A stretch of 64,000 nt of DNA from a virus (lineage: Duplodnaviria; Caudoviricetes): the IMG/VR virus record IMGVR_UViG_2974753753_000001, positions 2,809-66,808 of that record. One strand, 5' to 3'. Under the pieces are notes generated by a model, which saw nothing but the letters and a program-made list of their open reading frames with translations, had not been told where the DNA came from and did no database searches. How positions within the stretch are numbered: the stretch's first letter is position 1; every line of letters begins with the position of its first letter. This document shows, piece after piece, positions 1 through 7,073 of the stretch. A program made the translations under genes and the position numbers.

Positions 1-389
1 AGCTCGCGCTGATCGAGGAGGCTCGGCCCGAGGACCCGCGCGAGATCGACGACAACCAGGTCGCCGAGGCCGCGGCTCTCTACAACGCGATCTGGGACCC
101 GCGGCTGTGGGTCCATCCGCGACCGGACCAGCCAAATCCGGTCAACGACCTGAAGCGCTCGGCGAAGGCCTACATCGGCGGGTACGGCGCCGACGCCGGG
201 AAGATGTTCGTGGTGCCCGAGCCCGAGCACGGCGATTACCGCATGGCCGTGACGAACGACCTGCTGAAGATGGTCGTCGAGCGCATCAACACCCTCACCG
301 AGACGGTCCGACAGATCGTCGGTGCGCCGGTCAAGGTCGAGGACACGACGTTCGACAATGGCCCGAAGACCGGGAGCGACGAGCCGTGA
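1..389 (+). CDS. Hypothetical protein, 5' end outside the window
   Basis: Open frame from base 3 (LALIEEARPEDPREIDDNQ...) runs through ATG204 to TGA389; high-GC codon usage. Confidence 0.75.
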   Translation, partial: LALIEEARPEDPREIDDNQVAEAAALYNAIWDPRLWVHPRPDQPNPVNDLKRSAKAYIGGYGADAGKMFVVPEPEHGDYRMAVTNDLLKMVVERINTLTETVRQIVGAPVKVEDTTFDNGPKTGSDEP

Positions 390-649
390 GCCAGGTCAGG
401 TTTGAGACGGAGTACCAGAAGGCCCGGATGTGCGGCTTCAACGTGCGGGTCGGCGCGGACGTCGCCAACAGTGCGCTGATCGGCGGGCCGGAGATCGGGG
501 TGGTGACCATGACGGCTCCGCTGACCGCTCGGGGATACCTGCGCTTCTACCTGCTGTTGTGCGGGTGGATCTGCGACGAGTGCGGGTCTCGGGTGACCGT
601 GGCGAAGTTCCACGAGCACGCGAGCGGCCGGAAGGCGTGCGGGGGATGA
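386..649 (+). CDS. Hypothetical protein with CxxC (CDECG)
   Basis: GTGA overlap with the upstream stop; in frame with ORF 107..649. Confidence 0.65.
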   Translation: MSQVRFETEYQKARMCGFNVRVGADVANSALIGGPEIGVVTMTAPLTARGYLRFYLLLCGWICDECGSRVTVAKFHEHASGRKACGG

Positions 650-930
650 GCTACAAGACCAAGGTCACGTTCTACTGCGACGCCGTCGACTGCCAGGTGA
701 ACCAGACCTTCGTGCTCGTCGGCATCGGTTACGGCGGGACCTGGCGGGCTCAGAAGGGGAACGGGGTCGTCGAGCCGGTCACGAAGATTCTGACGAAGGA
801 CATGGGGTGGACGATGGGGCTTGGCCGGACCGGGGGCGAGATCTCCCGTCGGCCGGACTCGATCGGCACGTTCTGTCCTAGCCACGGTGGTCGAGAGTCG
901 GTTTCGACTTCCGGGTTGACACCAATCTGA
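646..930 (+). CDS. Hypothetical Zn-finger-like protein (CDxxxC...CPxH)
   Basis: ATGA overlap; MSYKTKVTFYCDAVDC...TFCPSH. Confidence 0.7.
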   Translation: MSYKTKVTFYCDAVDCQVNQTFVLVGIGYGGTWRAQKGNGVVEPVTKILTKDMGWTMGLGRTGGEISRRPDSIGTFCPSHGGRESVSTSGLTPI

Positions 931-944
931 ACGTCACGTACCGT
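916..944 (+). promoter_or_regulatory. SigA-like promoter, probably leaderless for gene 952
   Basis: TTGACA-17 bp-TACCGT with ATG952 7 nt downstream; the -35 lies in operator variant TTGACACCAA. Confidence 0.7.
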
Positions 945-951
945 AGGTGTC

Positions 952-1173
952 ATGAACGAAGACGTGAGAGACCTGGTCGGATCGACAGCCTCGATCGGAA
1001 TGTCGCTGCTGATCACCTTCAGCGTCCTTCGCCTCACCGACGTCATCGACTGGTCCTGGGGATGGGTACTCGCCCCTGCCTGGGCACCGGCCGTTCTCTT
1101 CGGTGGGGCGATGGGCCTGAGCCTCCTTGTGGTGCGGATCCGCACTGCGTTCACCCGGAAAGGACGACGATGA
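952..1173 (+). CDS. Small membrane protein
   Basis: Two hydrophobic stretches and IDWSWGWVLAPAW motif. Confidence 0.75.
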   Translation: MNEDVRDLVGSTASIGMSLLITFSVLRLTDVIDWSWGWVLAPAWAPAVLFGGAMGLSLLVVRIRTAFTRKGRR

Positions 1174-1811
1174 CCGACGAGTTCAAGCGAGCGCAGTTCA
1201 GCATGGGTCGCCAGTGCGGCAAGACCGAGCTGATCCGCCGCGCAGAAGAGATCGGCGACTTCGACGAGGCCGTCAAGGAGTTCGAGACGCTCGGCTACGT
1301 GCCGACTCCGGCGAACCCGATGCTCCCCGCCGACAACTACCCTCGTCGGGTCGACGAGGTGGCCGAGCAGCTCCGGCACGAGGTCGAGGACCGGCCCTGG
1401 GAGATCCCCGATGACCCTCACCCGAGCCGAGGGCACGCGAAGACCGTAGAGTACCTGAATCGGCAGGTCGCCGAGCGCGTGAACCGGGTGCGGCGAGAAG
1501 GTTATGCCGCTCCGGCACCGGCTTTCAGGATCGAGGTCGGGTCCGAGGCGCACCAGCACTTCGAGGACGCGATGGCGAAGTTCGCTCGCGAGGTGCTGCC
1601 GCCGCTCCGCGACTCTTTCCGAGGCCTGTTCCAGCAGGTCGAGACAACCTGGCGGTCGATGAGTCCGGCCATGGAGCTACTGGCAAAGATCGAGGCCGAC
1701 ATGGACGGAAAGCCGGTTCACCCCAAGGACATTCGTGACGATCGAGGGATCAAGCAGCCGTCCGCGGTGCCGCCGTTCTGGGCCGCCCGACCGAACGGAC
1801 GACGTCGATGA
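1170..1811 (+). CDS. Hypothetical protein
   Basis: ATGA overlap, GAAAGGA RBS; starts MTDEFKRAQ. Confidence 0.75.
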   Translation: MTDEFKRAQFSMGRQCGKTELIRRAEEIGDFDEAVKEFETLGYVPTPANPMLPADNYPRRVDEVAEQLRHEVEDRPWEIPDDPHPSRGHAKTVEYLNRQVAERVNRVRREGYAAPAPAFRIEVGSEAHQHFEDAMAKFAREVLPPLRDSFRGLFQQVETTWRSMSPAMELLAKIEADMDGKPVHPKDIRDDRGIKQPSAVPPFWAARPNGRRR

Positions 1812-2086
1812 GCGCGACCGCTTGCGAGAAGGAGAACTGGCGCACCGGAAGCCGGTGTGTGTTGCCTGCGGGACACGCGAACTGGCACACCAACGGGACG
1901 AACGAGAGCTGGTCTCGGCACGACAACTTTGACGTCAACGACTACCCCGACCCCGAAGCCGTCAAGGCGCTGCAAGACCTCGTTGACGAGTTCGGCAACA
2001 CCGTCGGCAGCATGGGGTCGAGCGACTGGGACGGCCAAGAGCTGATCGGCGACTTCCTGGAGAAGTACGAGGTCCGACGCCGATGA
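1808..2086 (+). CDS. Hypothetical protein
   Basis: ATGA overlaps at both ends. Confidence 0.7.
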   Translation: MSATACEKENWRTGSRCVLPAGHANWHTNGTNESWSRHDNFDVNDYPDPEAVKALQDLVDEFGNTVGSMGSSDWDGQELIGDFLEKYEVRRR

Positions 2087-2337
2087 TGCATGAACCCCTC
2101 CCCGGCTCGCGGAAGGCGATGAAAGACCGCGGTGCGAGCCTGGGCAACCGGGAGACCCGCAAGCTCATGCGCAGGCTCATCGCGGCCGGTGGCGAGATCC
2201 GGGCCTCGTCCGGAAAAGGTCACCCACGACTGTTCTACCGAGGCCAGTTCGTAGCCTCGATCTCCCTGTCCCCCTCGGACTCTCGTGCCGAGAAGAACGT
2301 GCTCGCCAAGGCTCGGCGAGCAGGAATGAGTATCTGA
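2083..2337 (+). CDS. HicA-like toxin (dsRBD-fold mRNA interferase family)
   Basis: 84-aa basic protein with HicA-like pattern: LMRRLIAAGG..SGKGHPRL..SPSDSRAEKNVLAKARRAG. Confidence 0.65.
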   Translation: MMHEPLPGSRKAMKDRGASLGNRETRKLMRRLIAAGGEIRASSGKGHPRLFYRGQFVASISLSPSDSRAEKNVLAKARRAGMSI

Positions 2338-2768
2338 TGAGCGACACCGCGCTGAAAGTCGCTGTCGGCGATGTCCTGAAGGTCCGGCGACGCATCCGGG
2401 ACCACGATGCTGAGAACGCCGAGCGGAAGCGTACCGGCCGCCCGTTCGGCTCGAAGCTCTACACCTGGGACTACACCGAGGTCACGGTGACCAGGGTCGG
2501 TCGGGTGTACTTCTACGCCGAGAAGGCCAACGAGTACGGGGGCCAGCCGTGGGAGCGCAAGTTCCGCATCGACAACGGTTGCGAGGTCGGAAACGCGCTG
2601 GAGTGCCAGGCCTTCACCCCCGAGTCGCTCGCCGCGCACCAACGGCGGGAGAGGGCCTCGCGGCAGCTCAACGACCTGACTCGGGACTACTCCTGGCAGA
2701 GCAAGCTGTCCACCGTCGCGATGGAAGGCATCGTCGCGATCCTGCAAGCAGAGGAGGCCGTTCGATGA
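2337..2768 (+). CDS. Hypothetical protein
   Basis: TGATG coupling; VTVTRVGRVYFY motif. Confidence 0.75.
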   Translation: MSDTALKVAVGDVLKVRRRIRDHDAENAERKRTGRPFGSKLYTWDYTEVTVTRVGRVYFYAEKANEYGGQPWERKFRIDNGCEVGNALECQAFTPESLAAHQRRERASRQLNDLTRDYSWQSKLSTVAMEGIVAILQAEEAVR

Positions 2769-3115
2769 GCGAAGCCGAGTACCGGAGTCTGGGGCCGCGC
2801 GATGCGATGCGCGCGCTGCTCCAGCAGTGCCAGACCCAGAGCGGGCCACTGCGCGACAACGATGGTCTGATCGACAACTTCATGGCTCAGTGGGTCGTGA
2901 TGTCGAAGATCGACTACGACGTCGACAACGCTCGCCAGGCCGAGTGGCAGACGGAGGCGAAGCGCGCGTTCGCGGTGATGCTCCAGGCGATCAAGGCCGT
3001 CGGCGGGGACGAGTTCGGCGACACACTGGGTCAGCGGGTGCTCGACGAGGCCACCCGGATCTACGAGTTTCACGGTCTCAGCGCCGAGGACGAGTTCGAG
3101 AGGTTCATGCCGTGA
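2765..3115 (+). CDS. Hypothetical protein
   Basis: GGAGG RBS, ATGA overlap (MSEAEYRS...). Confidence 0.75.
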   Translation: MSEAEYRSLGPRDAMRALLQQCQTQSGPLRDNDGLIDNFMAQWVVMSKIDYDVDNARQAEWQTEAKRAFAVMLQAIKAVGGDEFGDTLGQRVLDEATRIYEFHGLSAEDEFERFMP

Positions 3116-3441
3116 AGCGATTGCTGACGCCGTTTGCAGGCCTGCGATTCCGCCGGGAGTACGCGGTGGAGTGGATCCGGGTCCGGCAGGCGATCGACGG
3201 GGTCGAGATGCCCCTGGAGACCGTCCAATCCGAGGCGACGCGGTCGTATGAGGTCGCCAGGTCGGCGTCGGAGTGGCTCAATGAGCGGCCGGGGATCATC
3301 TGGGCCCGCGTCGTCGAGCGCAGCGTGCGAGAGGAGCGGTCGCACTGGTGGCATCCGTGGCGAACGACCGGCGAGACGCGCTGGTACGAACTGGAACTCG
3401 GAGGGTCGGCCGAGAAGCCGATCTTCCAGATGGAGGACTAA
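3112..3441 (+). CDS. Hypothetical protein
   Basis: GTGA overlap (MKRLLTPF...). Confidence 0.65.
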   Translation: MKRLLTPFAGLRFRREYAVEWIRVRQAIDGVEMPLETVQSEATRSYEVARSASEWLNERPGIIWARVVERSVREERSHWWHPWRTTGETRWYELELGGSAEKPIFQMED

Positions 3442-3635
3442 TGGCGAACAGGGCGAAGGTGACCACGACGAAGGCGATCTCGTTCGGAACCGGCGACGTG
3501 CCGGATCTCGTGGACGAACTCAGCAGTTTCCTTTCGGGGTCCTATGGAACGGTGAACGTGCAGGTCAGTCGCATCGAGCATGACCGGATGCCTGGCAGCT
3601 TCGATACCACGGTCACGCTGACGATCACGGAGTAG
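3441..3635 (+). CDS. Hypothetical protein
   Basis: GGAGG RBS, TAATG coupling (MANRAKV...). Confidence 0.7.
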   Translation: MANRAKVTTTKAISFGTGDVPDLVDELSSFLSGSYGTVNVQVSRIEHDRMPGSFDTTVTLTITE

Positions 3636-3636
3636 T

Positions 3637-3665
3637 TTGACCGGGTTGACGTCAAACCCTACAAT
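3637..3665 (+). promoter_or_regulatory. SigA-like promoter with TTGACGTCAA operator in the spacer
   Basis: TTGACC-17 bp-TACAAT; palindrome at 3646-3655; GAGGAGG RBS before ATG3691. Confidence 0.8.
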
Positions 3666-3690
3666 CGATTGACCTGCACGAGGAGGACAC

Positions 3691-4137
3691 ATGCCCATCG
3701 AACCAGACGGCAAGATGACCGGGATTCCCTGGAGCATCGCCGTCGAGACCGAAGAGCCGAAGACTCGGGCCACCATGAGCCCTACCCAGGCTCGCGGCGT
3801 CGCTGCGCACCTGGTGAACATGGCCAATGAGGCCGAGGGGAAGCCGAATTACCGGGTCGCGCTGAGGAATCGCTGGAAGCCCGGCGGCGCCCGGGACGCC
3901 GAGAATCGGCTCATCGGGTTCGGTCTCGGCGCGGCGCTGCTCTCGGCGGTCAACGCGATCAGCGAGGGAGATCCGGTCTACTGGGTCCTGTTCGCCCTGC
4001 TGACCGCGGCGTCCGGGGTGCTCTACGGGATGCGCCGGGACGGCGACGCCAAGGACCTCAACGACGAGTTCCGCGAGAAGGTCCACGGCACCACGATCGA
4101 CCAGTCCAGCGGCGTTCTGCCGTGGGACGTCCGATGA
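3691..4137 (+). CDS. Membrane protein (2 TM)
   Basis: Strong RBS; two hydrophobic segments. Confidence 0.8.
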   Translation: MPIEPDGKMTGIPWSIAVETEEPKTRATMSPTQARGVAAHLVNMANEAEGKPNYRVALRNRWKPGGARDAENRLIGFGLGAALLSAVNAISEGDPVYWVLFALLTAASGVLYGMRRDGDAKDLNDEFREKVHGTTIDQSSGVLPWDVR

Positions 4138-4364
4138 GTTGGGCCGAGCGCAAAGCGCGCTGGACATCGGGCCACACTCATCCGATAGAGATTCGATTCC
4201 TGGACTGGTTCCTCGTGGTTTACAAGATGGCGTCGAAGGGGCCTGGTCGGTCGTTGAAGAGGTGGTCGGTGCGCCGGAACATCGTCGACGGACAGACGAT
4301 CGGTTTCGCTGTCGTCATCGTCCCGAGGTCGTGGTGCCTGTCGGTGGGGAGGCACACGCTGTGA
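4134..4364 (+). CDS. Hypothetical protein
   Basis: ATGA overlap (MSWAERKARW...). Confidence 0.6.
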   Translation: MSWAERKARWTSGHTHPIEIRFLDWFLVVYKMASKGPGRSLKRWSVRRNIVDGQTIGFAVVIVPRSWCLSVGRHTL

Positions 4365-4666
4365 CCATCGTCGTCGGCCATCGGCCCGGCACGGCACAGG
4401 GAGGGAAGTTCGCACCCCGGGCAACGCTCGTCGGGTGCGACTTTCCCTTGTGCGACAAGGCGATTCACTTCCCGGTGAACCTCCAGTCGAGCAAGTCCCA
4501 GTGCATTCGGGACACCATCCGGTTCATGGAGGCGCACGACCGGCAGGCGTCCATCGCGGGCTGGACCGTCGACACCACCGTGGATCCGGCCAAGTTCTTC
4601 TGCTCAGCACACGCCGACAAGCCCAAGCTCGGCACCGTGATCCTGCAACCGAAACGAGACACATGA
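4361..4666 (+). CDS. Hypothetical Zn-finger-like protein (CDxxxC...CSAH)
   Basis: GGAGG RBS, GTGA overlap; Cys/His pattern similar to gene 646. Confidence 0.65.
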   Translation: MTIVVGHRPGTAQGGKFAPRATLVGCDFPLCDKAIHFPVNLQSSKSQCIRDTIRFMEAHDRQASIAGWTVDTTVDPAKFFCSAHADKPKLGTVILQPKRDT

Positions 4667-5037
4667 GCGAGATCGACCTACCCGAACTGACCACCGAGAA
4701 CTACCTCGAAGCCGCGGACCTGATGCTGAGCATCCAGGAGAAGAAGAAGGCCGGGAGGAAGCTCTCGAAGAAGGACCGCGCGATCATGACCTACGCGGCG
4801 CTGATGACGTCGTCGGACCGATCGGCCGACATGTACCGGCAGCTCTACAAGAACATGCTGTTCGAGATCGGGGAGCCGATGTCGCTCGAAGCGGCGCAGA
4901 AGGCTCGGTCGTTTGAGACGATGCTGACCAACGGCATCCGCGCGGCTGAGAGCGGACTGGAGGTCGGCGAGCCGGTGGCGCTGCGCTCGATACTCGCCGA
5001 CTTCCGCGAGATCTACTCGACGGATCTGATCCGATGA
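4663..5037 (+). CDS. Hypothetical protein
   Basis: ATGA overlap (MSEIDLPEL...). Confidence 0.75.
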   Translation: MSEIDLPELTTENYLEAADLMLSIQEKKKAGRKLSKKDRAIMTYAALMTSSDRSADMYRQLYKNMLFEIGEPMSLEAAQKARSFETMLTNGIRAAESGLEVGEPVALRSILADFREIYSTDLIR

Positions 5038-5132
5038 GCTGGGATCTCGTGTTCCAGATTGGTCTGCTGATCCTGATCGCAGACCTCTCCGTGTTGCTCC
5101 TCGCGGGTGTCGTGAAGGCCTTCCGCCGGTGA
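5034..5132 (+). CDS. 32-aa single-TM peptide (not in the ORF track)
   Basis: MSWDLVFQIGLLILIADLSVLLLAGVVKAFRR fills the gap exactly with 4-nt overlaps at both ends. Confidence 0.65.
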   Translation: MSWDLVFQIGLLILIADLSVLLLAGVVKAFRR

Positions 5133-5392
5133 GCGCCGACGAGCGAGTCGCCGAGCTGAAGGTGCTCAAACGCATCGACGCTGACCGGGTCGGCCGGGTG
5201 CTGAAGCAGACCGAGGCCTCGATGCTCGACATGAGTCAGGCCGAGATCCAGGCCGTCATCGCGCAGGCCGAAGCGGACATGACCCGCTGCTACGAGGCCT
5301 CGGCGACCTTGCGCGAGGTCGGCGGCCAGCTCTCCGACGTGATGATCACGGCGATGGGGGTCGCGAGCGACAGGGGCTTCCGGATCAAGTGA
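5129..5392 (+). CDS. Hypothetical protein
   Basis: GTGA overlaps. Confidence 0.7.
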   Translation: MSADERVAELKVLKRIDADRVGRVLKQTEASMLDMSQAEIQAVIAQAEADMTRCYEASATLREVGGQLSDVMITAMGVASDRGFRIK

Positions 5393-5751
5393 GCATGATG
5401 GAACGGCTCGTCGCCGCGGTCGGCGCCTGGCTGGTGCTGGCCGCCGCGGTGAACGGAGCCGAGCACGACTGGCTCTCGTCGGCGGTGTGCCTGTTCTGGG
5501 CCACCGCGTGCCTGGTCAGCGTCTTCGGCCTGGCATCGGACCGGCGGGCCCGACGAACCCAACGGGAGCACCGCGCGTTGCTGGCCGCGGTCGAACGACA
5601 GCAATCAATCGAGGCCCGCTCCGCGGAATGGGTCCGCAACGAGGAGGGGATCTATGTCAGACTCGGGGATGACGCCGGAGCAGGTCAAGGAAGCGGCGAC
5701 GGACACCATCCGCAACGCGATGAATGCGGAGACCAAGACCAGGTTCGGTGA
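5389..5751 (+). CDS. Membrane protein
   Basis: Two N-terminal hydrophobic segments; 3' end overlaps the next gene. Confidence 0.6.
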   Translation: MSMMERLVAAVGAWLVLAAAVNGAEHDWLSSAVCLFWATACLVSVFGLASDRRARRTQREHRALLAAVERQQSIEARSAEWVRNEEGIYVRLGDDAGAGQGSGDGHHPQRDECGDQDQVR

Positions 5752-5944
5752 GGACTTCTCCGTGCGCCACGGCATCGTCATCGCTCTCGTGGAGAGGCCT
5801 CGCGGGGACCTGGAGAAGCCGAACGCCGAGCGGGTGTCGCTGATGGTCAAGAACCTCGACGCCGTCCACCCGAGCATCGCAGTGAACATGCTGAAGGAGG
5901 CCACGGCGATCTTCCAGGCCGAGGCCGCGAAGAGAGGGAACTGA
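5654..5944 (+). CDS. Hypothetical protein
   Basis: GAGGAGGGG RBS; TGATG coupling to LysB. Confidence 0.7.
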   Translation: MSDSGMTPEQVKEAATDTIRNAMNAETKTRFGEDFSVRHGIVIALVERPRGDLEKPNAERVSLMVKNLDAVHPSIAVNMLKEATAIFQAEAAKRGN

Positions 5945-6714
5945 TGGCGCAGAAGAAGATCGTGCTCCGGTCGCTCCGGGGCACCGGGGAGCCTTTCCAG
6001 GGGTCGATAGACGTCCTCGGGGCACAGCCGGGCATTCACAACCTGCCGAACATGCTGGACGACATCACGCGAGCCTGTGCCGCGGTCGACGTCGCGCACT
6101 ACCCGGTGCCGTACTACGCCTCGATCGCACCGGCCGGTGGGACGAAGATGTTCCACGAGAGCTACGCCGACGGCTACCGGCGGGCACAGCTCGCCGACGC
6201 GCAAGGCCTTCCTTCGATCTGGGTCGGCTACAGCCTCGGCGCGGGGATCCTCGGGGACCTGCTGGCGGCCGGAGACCTGCCGAACTGCATCGGGGCGATC
6301 CTGCTCTCCGATTACGAGCGGCACTCGAAGCAGATCGATCCGGCGTGCAAGGTCAACGCGGCGCACTACGGATGCGTGGACCGGCGCTTCATCACCACCT
6401 CGGCGCAGGTGGTGCAGCTTTCGGCACCGGATGACCCGATCTCTGCGCTTCCGGCGACCAACGGGTTCCGACTGCTCGCGCAGGCCGTCACCGGCATCCG
6501 GCAACCGTGGAACGTCGGCTTCCTCGACCTGTCGGCGACGCTTGACGCTGTTCGGCGCTACCTCGGCACCCCACCGATCGGCAACGCACCCGCGCGAGCG
6601 AGCACCCATGTCGGCTACAACCGAGTTCGGATGCCCGGGTCGACGAAGACCTACACCCAGTACGGCGCCGAGCACGCCGTGCGCATGATCGAGGAGTATC
6701 GCGCCGCCGCGTGA
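5944..6714 (+). CDS. Lysin B-like cutinase/alpha-beta hydrolase
   Basis: LRGTGEP, nucleophile elbow GYSLGA, DDPIS and C-terminal HVGY, giving a Ser-Asp-His triad pattern. Confidence 0.8.
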   Translation: MAQKKIVLRSLRGTGEPFQGSIDVLGAQPGIHNLPNMLDDITRACAAVDVAHYPVPYYASIAPAGGTKMFHESYADGYRRAQLADAQGLPSIWVGYSLGAGILGDLLAAGDLPNCIGAILLSDYERHSKQIDPACKVNAAHYGCVDRRFITTSAQVVQLSAPDDPISALPATNGFRLLAQAVTGIRQPWNVGFLDLSATLDAVRRYLGTPPIGNAPARASTHVGYNRVRMPGSTKTYTQYGAEHAVRMIEEYRAAA

Positions 6715-6763
6715 TACGCTGACGCCGTCTCAACTCGTGCAGGGAGCGGGACAGCCACAGCAG

Positions 6764-6800
6764 CGAAACCCCCGGCTCACAAGGCTGGGGGTTTCGTCTT
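6764..6800 (+). terminator. Intrinsic terminator
   Basis: CGAAACCCCCGGC-loop-GCTGGGGGTTTCG followed by TCTT. Confidence 0.75.
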
Positions 6801-6821
6801 GTCCCGGGGTACGATCGCGCC

Positions 6822-7073
6822 ATGTCGTCCTCGTCGAGTCGTGCCAAGGGGAAGGCCTCTGGTGGCGCGCAACTGAAGGCCTACTGGCTCACCGGCGAGG
6901 GTGCGGCGAAGATCCGCTGGAACACTCCCGGTGACTTCACCAGGTGCGTCCGGCTGGTCCGGAAGTACGCTGCCAAGGAGGGCTTCTCCGCGGAGGGGTA
7001 CTGCTCGCGACTGCACAAGGCGGCCACCGGCGTCTACCCCGGTGACAAGCGCAATGTGGGGAAGAAGGGCTGA
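6822..7073 (+). CDS. Small basic conserved actinophage protein, probably leaderless
   Basis: YWLTGEGAAKIRWNTPGDFTRC...GYC..LH...GVYPG; TACGAT 6 nt before ATG. Confidence 0.75.
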   Translation: MSSSSSRAKGKASGGAQLKAYWLTGEGAAKIRWNTPGDFTRCVRLVRKYAAKEGFSAEGYCSRLHKAATGVYPGDKRNVGKKG

